A stretch of 64,000 nucleotides of DNA, taken from a virus (taxonomy: Duplodnaviria > Caudoviricetes). This document shows positions 28,188 to 37,011 of the stretch, piece after piece. Position numbers and translations under genes: made by a program. A model generated the notes under the pieces. That model saw only the letters and a list, made by a program, of their open reading frames with translations, did not search any database and had not been told where the DNA came from. Within the stretch, counting starts at the first letter, position 1. Each line of letters opens with the position of its first letter. Where the stretch lies: IMG/VR virus record IMGVR_UViG_3300017909_001210, positions 15,614 through 79,613 of that record. One strand, 5' to 3'.

Positions 28188-28818
28188 TGACTACAGTGTT
28201 TCTCCAATTATTGTAGAGGAGAACGAAAAAGGACAAAAAGAATACTTTATTGAAGGTATCTTCATGCAGTCTGAAATAAAGAACAGAAATGGACGTGTTT
28301 ACCCTAAAGAAGTAATGCAAAAAGAGGTAAAACGTTATGTAAAAGAATTCGTTGAGAAAGATAGAGCATTTGGTGAGTTAGGACACCCTGACGGCCCAAC
28401 TATCAATCTTGACAAAGTGTCACACTTAATTACCAAATTAGAAGAAGATGGGAACAATTACGTGGGACGTGCAAAGATTTTAAGCACACCCAATGGTCAA
28501 ATCGTAAGAAATTTGATTGATGATGGTGCTAAATTAGGAGTTTCATCTAGAGGTCTAGGTTCACTAGAACAAAAAGGTGGTTCTCAATATGTTAAAGATG
28601 ACTTTCAACTTGCAACAGCAGGTGATATCGTTGCAGACCCTTCTGCTCCTGAAGCTTTCGTTAACGGAATTATGGAAGGAACAGAGTGGGTATATGAAAA
28701 CGGATTATTAACTGCAAGACAAGTAGACGAAATGCAGACTGAAATTAAGAATGCAAAGTCTAATAAGTTGGAAGAAGTCAAATTAAACCAATGGAAGAGG
28801 TTTGTTGAGAACCTCTAA
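28165..28818 (+). CDS. gp21: Prohead protease gp21
   Basis: IEGIFMQSEIKNRNGRVYP...GELGHP...GVSSRGLGSL...DIVADPSAP. Confidence 0.96.
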   Translation: MKLISEFNDYSVSPIIVEENEKGQKEYFIEGIFMQSEIKNRNGRVYPKEVMQKEVKRYVKEFVEKDRAFGELGHPDGPTINLDKVSHLITKLEEDGNNYVGRAKILSTPNGQIVRNLIDDGAKLGVSSRGLGSLEQKGGSQYVKDDFQLATAGDIVADPSAPEAFVNGIMEGTEWVYENGLLTARQVDEMQTEIKNAKSNKLEEVKLNQWKRFVENL

Positions 28819-28820
28819 CA

Positions 28821-28828
28821 TATAAATA
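28821..28828 (+). promoter_or_regulatory. T4-type late promoter TATAAATA
   Basis: Exact consensus before gp22. Confidence 0.75.
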
Positions 28829-28856
28829 AAAAAGTAAACTCAAACAGGAGAAAAAC

Positions 28857-30212
28857 ATGGCAGAGTTAGAAAAAAACCAAGAAACTGTTGAAGAAACAGT
28901 TGAAGCTATAGAGGAAGGTCAACAACCTAACGCTAAAGCTGAAGATGGTGACAAGAAGCCTGTAAAACAAGGGTCATCTGACGCTGAGAAAATCGAAAGC
29001 GGAAAAGGTGATGTCGTCAAACCTGAAGAAAATCCTGTTGACAAAGCTGTTGCATCAGTAAAAGCTGCTGAGAAAGCTCCTTCAAATGAAGGTGACGCTC
29101 AGAAGAAAGGTGCAGACAAACCCGAAAAAATGGAAAAAATTAAGAAAGTTTCCGAGGGTGAAGAAGAATCTAAGAAAGATGTTGCAGAAACATCTAAAAT
29201 GGAGAACATCAAAGCTATCGTCAACAACATGAAGGAAATGACTAAAGAGGAACTTCAAAAAACTTTTGGTGAAGTATCAGAAGAAGAAGAAGTTGACGAA
29301 AGTTTAACAAAAGCAGAAGTCGCTAGAAAAATTGTTGAAACACTCAAGAAACTTGACGCTGAAGAAGTTGCAAAGATTCGTGAGAAGTATGAAGACGAGG
29401 AAGATGATGACGATGATGACGATAACGACATCGAGGAATCAAAATCTGCTGAACTTGAATCTTCATTAGTGGAGATAGAAGTAGAAGACGACCTATCTGC
29501 AATCTCAGAAGCACTAGAACTATCAGAAGAGAATCAAGAAAAAGCAAAAACAATCTTCAAAGCTGCAGTGACTTCAAAAGTTGCTGAAATCAAAGAAGAA
29601 CTTGAGACTCAGTATTCAGAAGAATTAAAAACCTCAGTAGATAAAGTTAAAGGTGACCTTGCGGAAGCTGTAGACAAATATCTAACATATTGTGCAGAAG
29701 AGTGGACGAAAGAAAACGAACTCGCAATTGAGAGAGGTTTGAGGTCAGAAATGACTGAAAACTTTATCGAAGGATTAAAAACATTGTTCGTAGAACACTA
29801 TGTTGATGTCCCTGAAGATAAGTATAATGTTATTGATGAACTCGCAAATAGACTCGATGAGATGGAAGAGAAACTTGACAGTGAAGTGTCTAAAAACATG
29901 GAAATTGTTGAGGAGAACGACTCTCTCAAGAGAGGTAATGTGATTAGAGAAGCCTGCGAAGACTTAACTGAATCACAAAAAGAGAAAATGGAATCACTTG
30001 CTAATGGTGTAGACTTTAAAGATATCGAAGACTTTAGTGATAAAGTTAACGAAATCAAAGAAGCTTACTTCCCAACAGAAGGTGAAACCATCTCTGAAGA
30101 AACAGTAATAGAAGAAGGAACTGGAGAAATCTCAGAAGAGAAAGAACCTGTTCTTGACCCTTCAATTGCAAGATATTCAGAGGCATTAAGTAAACTAAAA
30201 CCATTAGGTTAA
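28857..30212 (+). CDS. gp22: Prohead scaffold protein gp22
   Basis: Highly acidic; KAKTIFKAAV...VDKYLTYCAEEW...ENELAIERGLRSE. Confidence 0.9.
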   Translation: MAELEKNQETVEETVEAIEEGQQPNAKAEDGDKKPVKQGSSDAEKIESGKGDVVKPEENPVDKAVASVKAAEKAPSNEGDAQKKGADKPEKMEKIKKVSEGEEESKKDVAETSKMENIKAIVNNMKEMTKEELQKTFGEVSEEEEVDESLTKAEVARKIVETLKKLDAEEVAKIREKYEDEEDDDDDDDNDIEESKSAELESSLVEIEVEDDLSAISEALELSEENQEKAKTIFKAAVTSKVAEIKEELETQYSEELKTSVDKVKGDLAEAVDKYLTYCAEEWTKENELAIERGLRSEMTENFIEGLKTLFVEHYVDVPEDKYNVIDELANRLDEMEEKLDSEVSKNMEIVEENDSLKRGNVIREACEDLTESQKEKMESLANGVDFKDIEDFSDKVNEIKEAYFPTEGETISEETVIEEGTGEISEEKEPVLDPSIARYSEALSKLKPLG

Positions 30213-30229
30213 ATTTAAAGGAATAAAAA

Positions 30230-31531
30230 ATGTTTTTATCAGAAAACTTACAGGAGAAGTGGGAGCCGATTCTAGAACATTCAGATTTACCAAAAATCGA
30301 AGACAACTACAAACGTGCCGTCACAGCTGTTATCCTTGAAAACCAAGAGAAAGCTCTTAACGAAGATAGAGATACTCTTGCAGAAGCAGCACCTTTAAAT
30401 TCCACTGGCACAGGTATTTCTAACTGGGATCCGATATTGATTTCATTAGTAAGACGTGCTATGCCAAATCTCGTTGCATACGACATTTGCGGTGTTCAAC
30501 CAATGACAGGCCCAACTGGTCTTATCTTTGCTATGAAAGCAAGATATAATGATGACGTAGACGCAGACAGATTGAACAAATCAGAAGCTCTTCATAACGA
30601 AGCTAGAACTGATTACTCAGCATCTGCTCAAACTTCATCAACATCAGTAGGTAGTGACCACTCAGGTGACCCATTCAATGGTTCATACGCGTCACAAACT
30701 TCAGAGGGTATGTCAACTGCTTCAGCTGAGTCACTAGGTGACGGAAGCGGTTCAGGAAACCATTTTGCTGAAATGGCATTCTCAATTGAGAAAGCTACAG
30801 TGACAGCGAAATCAAGAGCACTTAAAGCGGAATACTCATTAGAACTTGCTCAAGACCTTAAAGCAATCCACGGCCTTGACGCAGAATCAGAACTTGCAAA
30901 CATTCTATCATCAGAAATCCTTGCTGAAATCAACAGGGAAGTTGTAAGAAGTGTTAACAACCAAGCGAAAACTGGTGCAGCTGCTACAGCTTCAGCAGGA
31001 ACTTTCAACTTGGACGTTGATGCAAATGGTAGATGGTCTGTAGAGAAGTTCAAAGGATTATTGTTCCAAATCGAAAGAGAATCAAACGTTATTGCTAAAG
31101 AAACAAGAAGAGGAAAAGGAAACTTTATTCTTTGTTCTTCTGATGTTGCTTCTGCATTATCAATGGCTGGTGTATTAGATTACGCACCTGCTCTTTCAAC
31201 TAACCTTAACGTTGACGATACTGGTAATACTTTTGCTGGTGTATTAAACGGAAGAGTTAAAGTCTATATAGACCCATATGCGTCTGCAGACTACTTAACT
31301 GTAGGTTATAGAGGTTCAAACCCTTATGACGCTGGATTATTCTATTGCCCATACGTTCCATTACAAATGGTTCGTGCAGTTGGTGAGAATACTTTCCAAC
31401 CAAAAATTGGTTTCAAAACAAGATACGGAATGGTATCTAATCCTTTTGTTGGTTCAACACCTTCAGACGGACTTGCTTCAGCAGGAACAAACCAATACTA
31501 CAGAAAATTTGCAGTATCAAACATTCTGTAA
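30230..31531 (+). CDS. gp23: Major capsid protein gp23
   Basis: LVRRAMPNLVAYDICGVQPMTGPTGLIFAM...KSRALKAEYSLELAQDLKAIHGLDAE...FQPKIGFKTRYG. Confidence 0.98.
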   Translation: MFLSENLQEKWEPILEHSDLPKIEDNYKRAVTAVILENQEKALNEDRDTLAEAAPLNSTGTGISNWDPILISLVRRAMPNLVAYDICGVQPMTGPTGLIFAMKARYNDDVDADRLNKSEALHNEARTDYSASAQTSSTSVGSDHSGDPFNGSYASQTSEGMSTASAESLGDGSGSGNHFAEMAFSIEKATVTAKSRALKAEYSLELAQDLKAIHGLDAESELANILSSEILAEINREVVRSVNNQAKTGAAATASAGTFNLDVDANGRWSVEKFKGLLFQIERESNVIAKETRRGKGNFILCSSDVASALSMAGVLDYAPALSTNLNVDDTGNTFAGVLNGRVKVYIDPYASADYLTVGYRGSNPYDAGLFYCPYVPLQMVRAVGENTFQPKIGFKTRYGMVSNPFVGSTPSDGLASAGTNQYYRKFAVSNIL

Positions 31532-31550
31532 TCGAATTAAATTTCGGATT

Positions 31551-31578
31551 AAAACCCCTCTTTCGAGGGGTTTTTTTT
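31551..31578 (+). terminator. Rho-independent terminator after gp23
   Basis: AAAACCCCTC-TTTC-GAGGGGTTTT plus T-run. Confidence 0.9.
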
Positions 31579-31579
31579 G

Positions 31580-31587
31580 TATAAATA
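31580..31587 (+). promoter_or_regulatory. T4-type late promoter TATAAATA driving the riboswitch transcript
   Basis: Exact consensus 5-7 nt before the riboswitch 5' end. Confidence 0.75.
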
Positions 31588-31592
31588 ATTCA

Positions 31593-31652
31593 ATCGTTCA
31601 TTCACTCTAAATGTATCAGTGAACGGAAGTAGGCATGGGGCCGAAGGAACGC
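31593..31652 (+). ncRNA. Glutamine riboswitch (glnA RNA motif-like)
   Basis: P1 CGTTC(31595-99)/GAACG(31647-51); P2 TTCACT/AGTGAA; junction CGGAAGTA; P3 GGC...GCC; GAAG before P1 3' strand, as in the known glnA aptamer; followed by a DUF4278-like ORF. Confidence 0.8.
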
Positions 31653-31684
31653 ATTTTTGTTCAACCTTTAAACGGAGAATGGAA

Positions 31685-31801
31685 ATGACAAAGAAAGCTA
31701 ACCTCAAGTTAGTATATCGTGGTGTTCGTCACAATGGTGAAACCATTAAGTCAAAGCAACAAACCAAAGGTGTATACCGCGGTTCTAAGTGGGTTGCATA
31801 A
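31685..31801 (+). CDS. DUF4278-like 38-aa peptide (two YRG motifs)
   Basis: MTKKANLKLVYRGVRHNGETIKSKQQTKGVYRGSKWVA; SD GGAG at 31674-77 favours ATG 31685 over the ORF-track start at 31619. Confidence 0.7.
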   Translation: MTKKANLKLVYRGVRHNGETIKSKQQTKGVYRGSKWVA

Positions 31802-31879
31802 GACCTATATACTATAGTAGAAGGGGGTTCCTAAAACCCCCGACTACGACATAACACACATACACACAAGGAGGAAATT

Positions 31880-32098
31880 ATGTCAAATACAACTAAATCA
31901 GGTTACGAAATTCGTGCCGACTTACTATCTCTTGCAGAGAGTGTTATTATCAACAACATTGAGAATGAAAGACAAACCATTTATTCGTGGAATGATAATC
32001 ATGCTGATACCAAAAAGGAAATACCTTTGAGGACTTATACTGCTCAAGACGTTATCGAAACTGCAAAACAGTTTAATGACTTCGTAAACGAGAAGTAA
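31880..32098 (+). CDS. Conserved small phage protein
   Basis: Strong SD AAGGAGG; GYEIRADLLSLA...DVIETAKQFNDFV pattern common in large myoviruses. Confidence 0.65.
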   Translation: MSNTTKSGYEIRADLLSLAESVIINNIENERQTIYSWNDNHADTKKEIPLRTYTAQDVIETAKQFNDFVNEK

Positions 32099-32153
32099 TG
32101 CATAAATAGTATAGTGGGGTGGAATTATTCACCCCCTTTAGAAGGAACAAATT

Positions 32154-32369
32154 ATGTCAGAATATGCAAAAACAGTGAAAGTGTTAGAAGGCCCTTGGGA
32201 GAAAAGTGCATTCCCAAATGGTATAGAAACAACAGACGTTATCAGTAGAACAATATCTACACGATATATTAAGGACGGATACCTTTGTGAAGAGGTAGTT
32301 CAAAGAGAATATCGTGGTGACGATTATCAAGACACCACAACGTCTAAAAGGATTATAAAACTTGACTGA
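32154..32369 (+). CDS. Hypothetical protein
   Basis: 71-aa ORF after CATAAATA, coupled to gp3. Confidence 0.55.
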   Translation: MSEYAKTVKVLEGPWEKSAFPNGIETTDVISRTISTRYIKDGYLCEEVVQREYRGDDYQDTTTSKRIIKLD

Positions 32370-32898
32370 AATAAACAAATCAATTCTTAATAAGAATAAT
32401 TTTAGATTACTAATTGACAAAGTTCCAACAGTGGAATACTATGTGCAATCAGTTAATATCCCAGGCTTGTCATTTACAGAAACAATAAGTGCAGCTGGTG
32501 TAGGACTAGACGCGTTTTTCCCAGGCGATAAAGTGTCATTCGAATCACTAAGTGTATCATTCTTAGTGGACGAAGACCTTGCAAACTTTAAAGAAATGTA
32601 TGAATGGATGAATGCAATTGTTCCCGTATCAGACCCAAGTGCATATGAGTCTTACGTAGGGACTAAAAAGACCACTACAGGACTCCTCAGTGACGTTGAG
32701 AACGATTTAAATCAGTATTCCGACATAACTATAGTGGTTAATACCAATAAAAACATACCTAATAAGTTCTTTAGGTTTCACGATGCATTCCCTATATCCC
32801 TCAGTGGTATAGAACTGCAAAGTGGTGCTGAAACAGACGCTGTTGTTGCAACAGTTGAGTTCAGATTCACATATTACGATATCGAATCAACCTCTTAA
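32362..32898 (+). CDS. gp3: Tail tube terminator/completion protein gp3
   Basis: NNFRLLIDKVPTVEYYVQSVNIPG...PGDKVSFESLSVSFLVDEDLANFKEMYEWM...FHDAFPISLSG. Confidence 0.88.
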   Translation: MTEINKSILNKNNFRLLIDKVPTVEYYVQSVNIPGLSFTETISAAGVGLDAFFPGDKVSFESLSVSFLVDEDLANFKEMYEWMNAIVPVSDPSAYESYVGTKKTTTGLLSDVENDLNQYSDITIVVNTNKNIPNKFFRFHDAFPISLSGIELQSGAETDAVVATVEFRFTYYDIESTS

Positions 32899-32941
32899 AA
32901 CACCTATTAATACTACCATAAATATGGTATAATAGTATATT

Positions 32942-33385
32942 ATGACTTTAGATGAAATTAAAAAAGAGTGGGAAAAGGATTGTGAGATAGACGATATCGA
33001 ATTAGATAAATCGTCTTTAGAAGTTCCTAAACTCCATGCAAAATATCAAGACTTATTGTCTAGTAAGATTCTTGTTATGAAACAGTATCAATTCAAATAT
33101 GATACACTTCTAAAGAATAAGTGGTTGTGGTATAACGGAAAAATGTCACAAGAACAAATTAATGAATTGGGTTGGTCAGACGACCCTTTAGACGGATTAA
33201 AGATTATGAAAAATGATTTACAAATTTTCTATAATTCTGATAAAGATATTCAAGAACTCAATGCAAAAATCGAATACTTAAAAGTCACAATAGATTATCT
33301 CAAAGAGTGTATGCAAAATATCACTTGGAGACACCAAACGATTAAGAATACAATCGATTGGAGAAAATTCATGGCGGGGTCATAA
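32942..33385 (+). CDS. uvsY: Recombination mediator UvsY
   Basis: ESLxVPKLHAKY-like SSLEVPKLHAKY; ITWRHQTIKNTIDWRKFMAG. Confidence 0.9.
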   Translation: MTLDEIKKEWEKDCEIDDIELDKSSLEVPKLHAKYQDLLSSKILVMKQYQFKYDTLLKNKWLWYNGKMSQEQINELGWSDDPLDGLKIMKNDLQIFYNSDKDIQELNAKIEYLKVTIDYLKECMQNITWRHQTIKNTIDWRKFMAGS

Positions 33386-34074
33386 TGCCACTACACGAAA
33401 AACATGTTTGGATTGCAGAAGCATTTTTCACACCTTCAGAAGTAGATTCTATACTTGCAGTTGCAAATAAAAAAGATTGGGACGAAGGAAAGGTTGGTTT
33501 TAATGGTGGACAAGACCCTGATGCACAAGAATCTGATAGTGGTGCAGTAAATAGTGAAATCAGACAATCACAAGTTAAATGGTTAATGGTTGACGAAATG
33601 AACGAAGAGTTTCACAAAAAACTCTATTCTGCAGTTCAATATGCCTGTGGAGATAATCATTGGAACTGGGAATTTACTAATTGGGAAAATTATCAATTTA
33701 CAAATTATACTGCAAAACCAAATTTACCTAAAGGTGATTTTTATACTTGGCATACTGATGCAGGCCCACCAACACGTTCATCTTATGAAGACGGAAGTAT
33801 TCGTAAATTAAGTTGCACAATTCAATTATCAGACCCCGATGATTATGAGGGTGGTTTATTTCAATGGTTAGAACCGACTCATACTTTCGATAGAATTCAA
33901 TTGGGTCAGAGAACAGTTGGTTTAGATGATATGACTAAGACAGCACCATTTAGTGCAAAGACACGTGGTTCTATTATTCTATTTCCTTCAGACGTTCACC
34001 ACCAAGTCACACCCGTGACACGTGGTTCTAGAAATTCATTAGTAGGTTGGTTGTTAGGACTACCCTATAAGTAA
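33385..34074 (+). CDS. 2OG-Fe(II) oxygenase (prolyl-hydroxylase-like)
   Basis: YTWHTDAG, RKLSCTIQLSDPDDYEGG, FPSDVHHQVTPVTRGSRNSLVGW; probable start ATG 33385. Confidence 0.88.
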   Translation: MPLHEKHVWIAEAFFTPSEVDSILAVANKKDWDEGKVGFNGGQDPDAQESDSGAVNSEIRQSQVKWLMVDEMNEEFHKKLYSAVQYACGDNHWNWEFTNWENYQFTNYTAKPNLPKGDFYTWHTDAGPPTRSSYEDGSIRKLSCTIQLSDPDDYEGGLFQWLEPTHTFDRIQLGQRTVGLDDMTKTAPFSAKTRGSIILFPSDVHHQVTPVTRGSRNSLVGWLLGLPYK

Positions 34075-34075
34075 A

Positions 34076-35521
34076 ATGGTCAGAGTATCAAAGATTGACG
34101 ATGTCTTCATGAAAGTTCATTGTGACGATGGACTTGCACGTGACCTTTACGATTTCTTTTCTTTTACAGTTCCAAATGCAAAGTTCATGCCGTCTTATAA
34201 AAATAAATTTTGGGACGGAAAGGTTAGACTCTTTTCAATAAAAACAAAAAAGATTTATATTGGTTTACTTCCATATGTAGATGAGTTCTGTAGAGAACGT
34301 GGTTTTGAGTTTGGTGGTATAGAAGAAGTAATTGGAAATAAGACAAAGATTACAGACGAAGACGTGGATTTCTTTATCAATGGTGATGACCTAATCCCAG
34401 GCTTGGGACTTCCTTTTCAACCACGTGATTATCAGATAGACGCATTCAAGACTGCAGTTCAATATGGAAGACAATTACTACTTTCACCAACTGCAAGTGG
34501 TAAGTCATTAATCATTTATTTGTTATGTAGGTGGTATGAGGGAGAAATGTCCTTACCGAATGCAAAAACAGTTATCATAGTTCCTACAACTTCACTTGTA
34601 GAACAAATGACAAAAGATTTTGAGGACTATGGATATAATAAAAAGATTTGTAAGATTTATTCGGGTCAACCTGTTTTTGATTCGGATATCACAATAACCA
34701 CTTGGCAATCATTTGCTAAGGCTCCTAAGAATGTCTTGGAAAGTTTCGACATTGTCATTGGAGACGAAGCACACTTATTTAAAGCACAAACACTAAAAGG
34801 TATTCTAGAAAAAATGAAACACACTAGTGTTCGTTTTGGAACGACTGGAACACTAGACGGGTCAGAAGTTCATAGATTGCAATTAGAAGGTCTTTTCGGC
34901 CCAGTCAAGAAAGTCATATCGTCATACCAACTTATGAAAGAAGGAACCATTGCAGATTTAGAGATAGATTGTGTCATACTTCGTCATACTAAACAGAAAA
35001 AAATGTCATACCAAGAAGAAATGGATTACTTGGTATCGAATGATAGTAGAAACAAATTCATAACAAATTTAGTTGCAAGCCTTAAAGGTAATACATTGGT
35101 ATTGTTTCAATACGTAGAGAAACATGGTGAAGTGTTATATCCTATGTTAGAAGGAAGAGTCAAAGACTTACACTATGTTTATGGTGGAACAGATACCGAA
35201 GATAGAGAAACAGTTAGAGAGGTTGTAGAAAAGTCAGAAGATAGTGTCATACTTGCGTCATACGGAACCTTCTCTACTGGTGTTAACATAAAGAAAATTG
35301 ATAATGTAGTTTTTGCAAGTCCTTCTAAATCAAGAATCAGAAACTTGCAGTCCATTGGTCGTGGTCTAAGAAAGGTTGAAGGTAAAGAAAAAATGAGATT
35401 ATTTGATATTGCAGACGATTTGCAATGTGATAATTTCACACTCGGTCACCTTAAAGAACGTATAAATATTTACAACGAAGAAAATTTTTCATACGAGATA
35501 AAACAATTTGACCTAGTGTAA
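34076..35521 (+). CDS. uvsW: DNA helicase UvsW
   Basis: SPTASGKS, GDEAH, GTTGTL, QSIGRGLR motifs. Confidence 0.95.
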   Translation: MVRVSKIDDVFMKVHCDDGLARDLYDFFSFTVPNAKFMPSYKNKFWDGKVRLFSIKTKKIYIGLLPYVDEFCRERGFEFGGIEEVIGNKTKITDEDVDFFINGDDLIPGLGLPFQPRDYQIDAFKTAVQYGRQLLLSPTASGKSLIIYLLCRWYEGEMSLPNAKTVIIVPTTSLVEQMTKDFEDYGYNKKICKIYSGQPVFDSDITITTWQSFAKAPKNVLESFDIVIGDEAHLFKAQTLKGILEKMKHTSVRFGTTGTLDGSEVHRLQLEGLFGPVKKVISSYQLMKEGTIADLEIDCVILRHTKQKKMSYQEEMDYLVSNDSRNKFITNLVASLKGNTLVLFQYVEKHGEVLYPMLEGRVKDLHYVYGGTDTEDRETVREVVEKSEDSVILASYGTFSTGVNIKKIDNVVFASPSKSRIRNLQSIGRGLRKVEGKEKMRLFDIADDLQCDNFTLGHLKERINIYNEENFSYEIKQFDLV

Positions 35522-36006
35522 TGGCAACTCCAAACGATTTATTAAAACAAAATTACGAAGTAGTAAAACTGAAGACTGGTTCAGAGATTGTTGGTATGGT
35601 CAGAGAAACCAGTGAAGGTATAGACGTGACACTTCCTATGATATGTCACTTGTCTGTTCAACAACCAATCAATCAAACACTTGCAACCTTTTATCCGTAT
35701 GCACCTTTGAGTGAAGACCCAATCATTAAGATTCCTTTTGACCAAGTGTTGCATAGAAGTAATATGAATTCTCAATTTATTCCATTCTATGACGAAGCCT
35801 CTGCAAAGTGGTTGAAAATGGTTGAAGATAAAAACATTCCTTTAACAAATGACATTCATGCATCAAGAGATTACATGAGAAAAGCAGTTGACCAAATTCT
35901 TAAGAATGTCAAAGAAGAAGATTTGTATGACGAGTTATATGAAGAAGCACTCGAAGATGATTTTGCAACTGCACTCCCACCAACCGATAAAAAGAAAATT
36001 CACTAA
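35521..36006 (+). CDS. Conserved hypothetical protein (Sm-like N-terminus) following uvsW
   Basis: VVKLKTGSEIVG motif; conserved position in marine T4-like phages. Confidence 0.55.
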   Translation: MATPNDLLKQNYEVVKLKTGSEIVGMVRETSEGIDVTLPMICHLSVQQPINQTLATFYPYAPLSEDPIIKIPFDQVLHRSNMNSQFIPFYDEASAKWLKMVEDKNIPLTNDIHASRDYMRKAVDQILKNVKEEDLYDELYEEALEDDFATALPPTDKKKIH

Positions 36007-36106
36007 TTCTATTTCTTAGGTTTTCTAATTACCTATATAGTATCGTTATTACGAAAAGTTATAACACATTATTAGTTTTAATTATAATTTGCATAAGGAA
36101 AAAACC

Positions 36107-36274
36107 ATGACCAAAGCTATATTGATAGCGAAGAGCATGGTGAGTGAAATCGAAAACATTAGAGAATCCGAGATTACTTCAAAGGCTATCGACGCAGTAG
36201 AATTCATAACACTGTTGACTCTTCCAATACTATTACCATTAGGTATTATGATAATATCCTCTAACGGGTATTAA
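36107..36274 (+). CDS. Small membrane peptide (55 aa)
   Basis: SD AAGGA then ATG 36107; hydrophobic C-terminal ITLLTLPILLPLGIMII. Confidence 0.55.
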   Translation: MTKAILIAKSMVSEIENIRESEITSKAIDAVEFITLLTLPILLPLGIMIISSNGY

Positions 36275-36296
36275 GCAAGGTTGTGACTAAGGGAAT

Positions 36297-36398
36297 ATGT
36301 CACAAAAAAAGATAGAATATATCAAGGAACGATTAGAGTTAATCACACTCTGTTCTATCTTTGTGCTTTCATTATTGGGAGTTAATCCTCCATCATGA
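36297..36398 (+). CDS. Small membrane peptide (33 aa; below ORF-track cutoff)
   Basis: MSQKKIEYIKERLELITLCSIFVLSLLGVNPPS; ATGA overlap with the next ORF. Confidence 0.45.
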   Translation: MSQKKIEYIKERLELITLCSIFVLSLLGVNPPS

Positions 36399-36499
36399 TT
36401 CAATGGATACAAGACATTATCGAATTTTGTAAACAATTCCCAGGCTGGTCAGTTGCATTTTTCTTATGTGGTTATGTAATAGGGAGTGTATATTTCTAA
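36395..36499 (+). CDS. Small membrane peptide (34 aa; below cutoff)
   Basis: MIQWIQDIIEFCKQFPGWSVAFFLCGYVIGSVYF; coupled start. Confidence 0.5.
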   Translation: MIQWIQDIIEFCKQFPGWSVAFFLCGYVIGSVYF

Positions 36500-36500
36500 T

Positions 36501-36683
36501 ATGGAATTTATAATAATACCAATTTTATCAATTATCGTGTCTGCATTGTATCTTAAGTATGCACCTATGCACGATTTACGTATGGCAATCTATAATGCAG
36601 AAGATTTAAACGCTGCAATGAACGTAAGAAAATTGCAAAAGGAAGAAAATGAGTCTAGAAAAGAAAACATTGCAAGTAGTTAA
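36501..36683 (+). CDS. Small membrane peptide (60 aa)
   Basis: MEFIIIPILSIIVSALYLKYAP...; ATG 1 nt after the previous stop. Confidence 0.5.
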   Translation: MEFIIIPILSIIVSALYLKYAPMHDLRMAIYNAEDLNAAMNVRKLQKEENESRKENIASS

Positions 36684-36822
36684 TCTTTCACCCTCAGAGG
36701 CATGGGTCGAGAAACTACATGACGTTCACCCAATGAAACAAGTTGCAGTTGCATCAGTTATTCAGATTTGTGTTTTCGGATTCATGTTATTGTCGTTTTG
36801 GACAATAGGACAATTTGTATGA
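36649..36822 (+). CDS. Small membrane peptide (57 aa; below cutoff)
   Basis: MSLEKKTLQVVNLSPSEAWVEKLHDVHPMKQVAVASVIQICVFGFMLLSFWTIGQFV; upstream AAGGAAG. Confidence 0.55.
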   Translation: MSLEKKTLQVVNLSPSEAWVEKLHDVHPMKQVAVASVIQICVFGFMLLSFWTIGQFV

Positions 36823-36950
36823 GATATATAATATATACAATGGTTGCAATTACATTCTTTTACATTACAATTGGAGAAAAAGATAGAATGGGAACCCGTG
36901 CAATCATGAGAGAGAATATTGTAGTATCGGGTGCATATATCCCTTCTTAG
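36819..36950 (+). CDS. Small membrane peptide (43 aa)
   Basis: MRYIIYTMVAITFFYITIGEKDRMG...; ATGA overlap with the previous stop. Confidence 0.45.
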   Translation: MRYIIYTMVAITFFYITIGEKDRMGTRAIMRENIVVSGAYIPS

Positions 36951-37011
36951 TATATATCCCCGCTGGGACATAATTATTTTATCATAGATTTCTTATTTGA
37001 CAAGAGGCTTT

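Noticed and set aside
31619-31684. ORF-track N-terminal extension of the DUF4278-like peptide
   Set aside because: It runs through the riboswitch aptamer; the SD supports ATG 31685 (or 31679).
31817-31847. GC-rich hairpin as a terminator or tRNA fragment
   Set aside because: No U-tract and no cloverleaf; it may be a processing or stability hairpin, but the evidence is insufficient.
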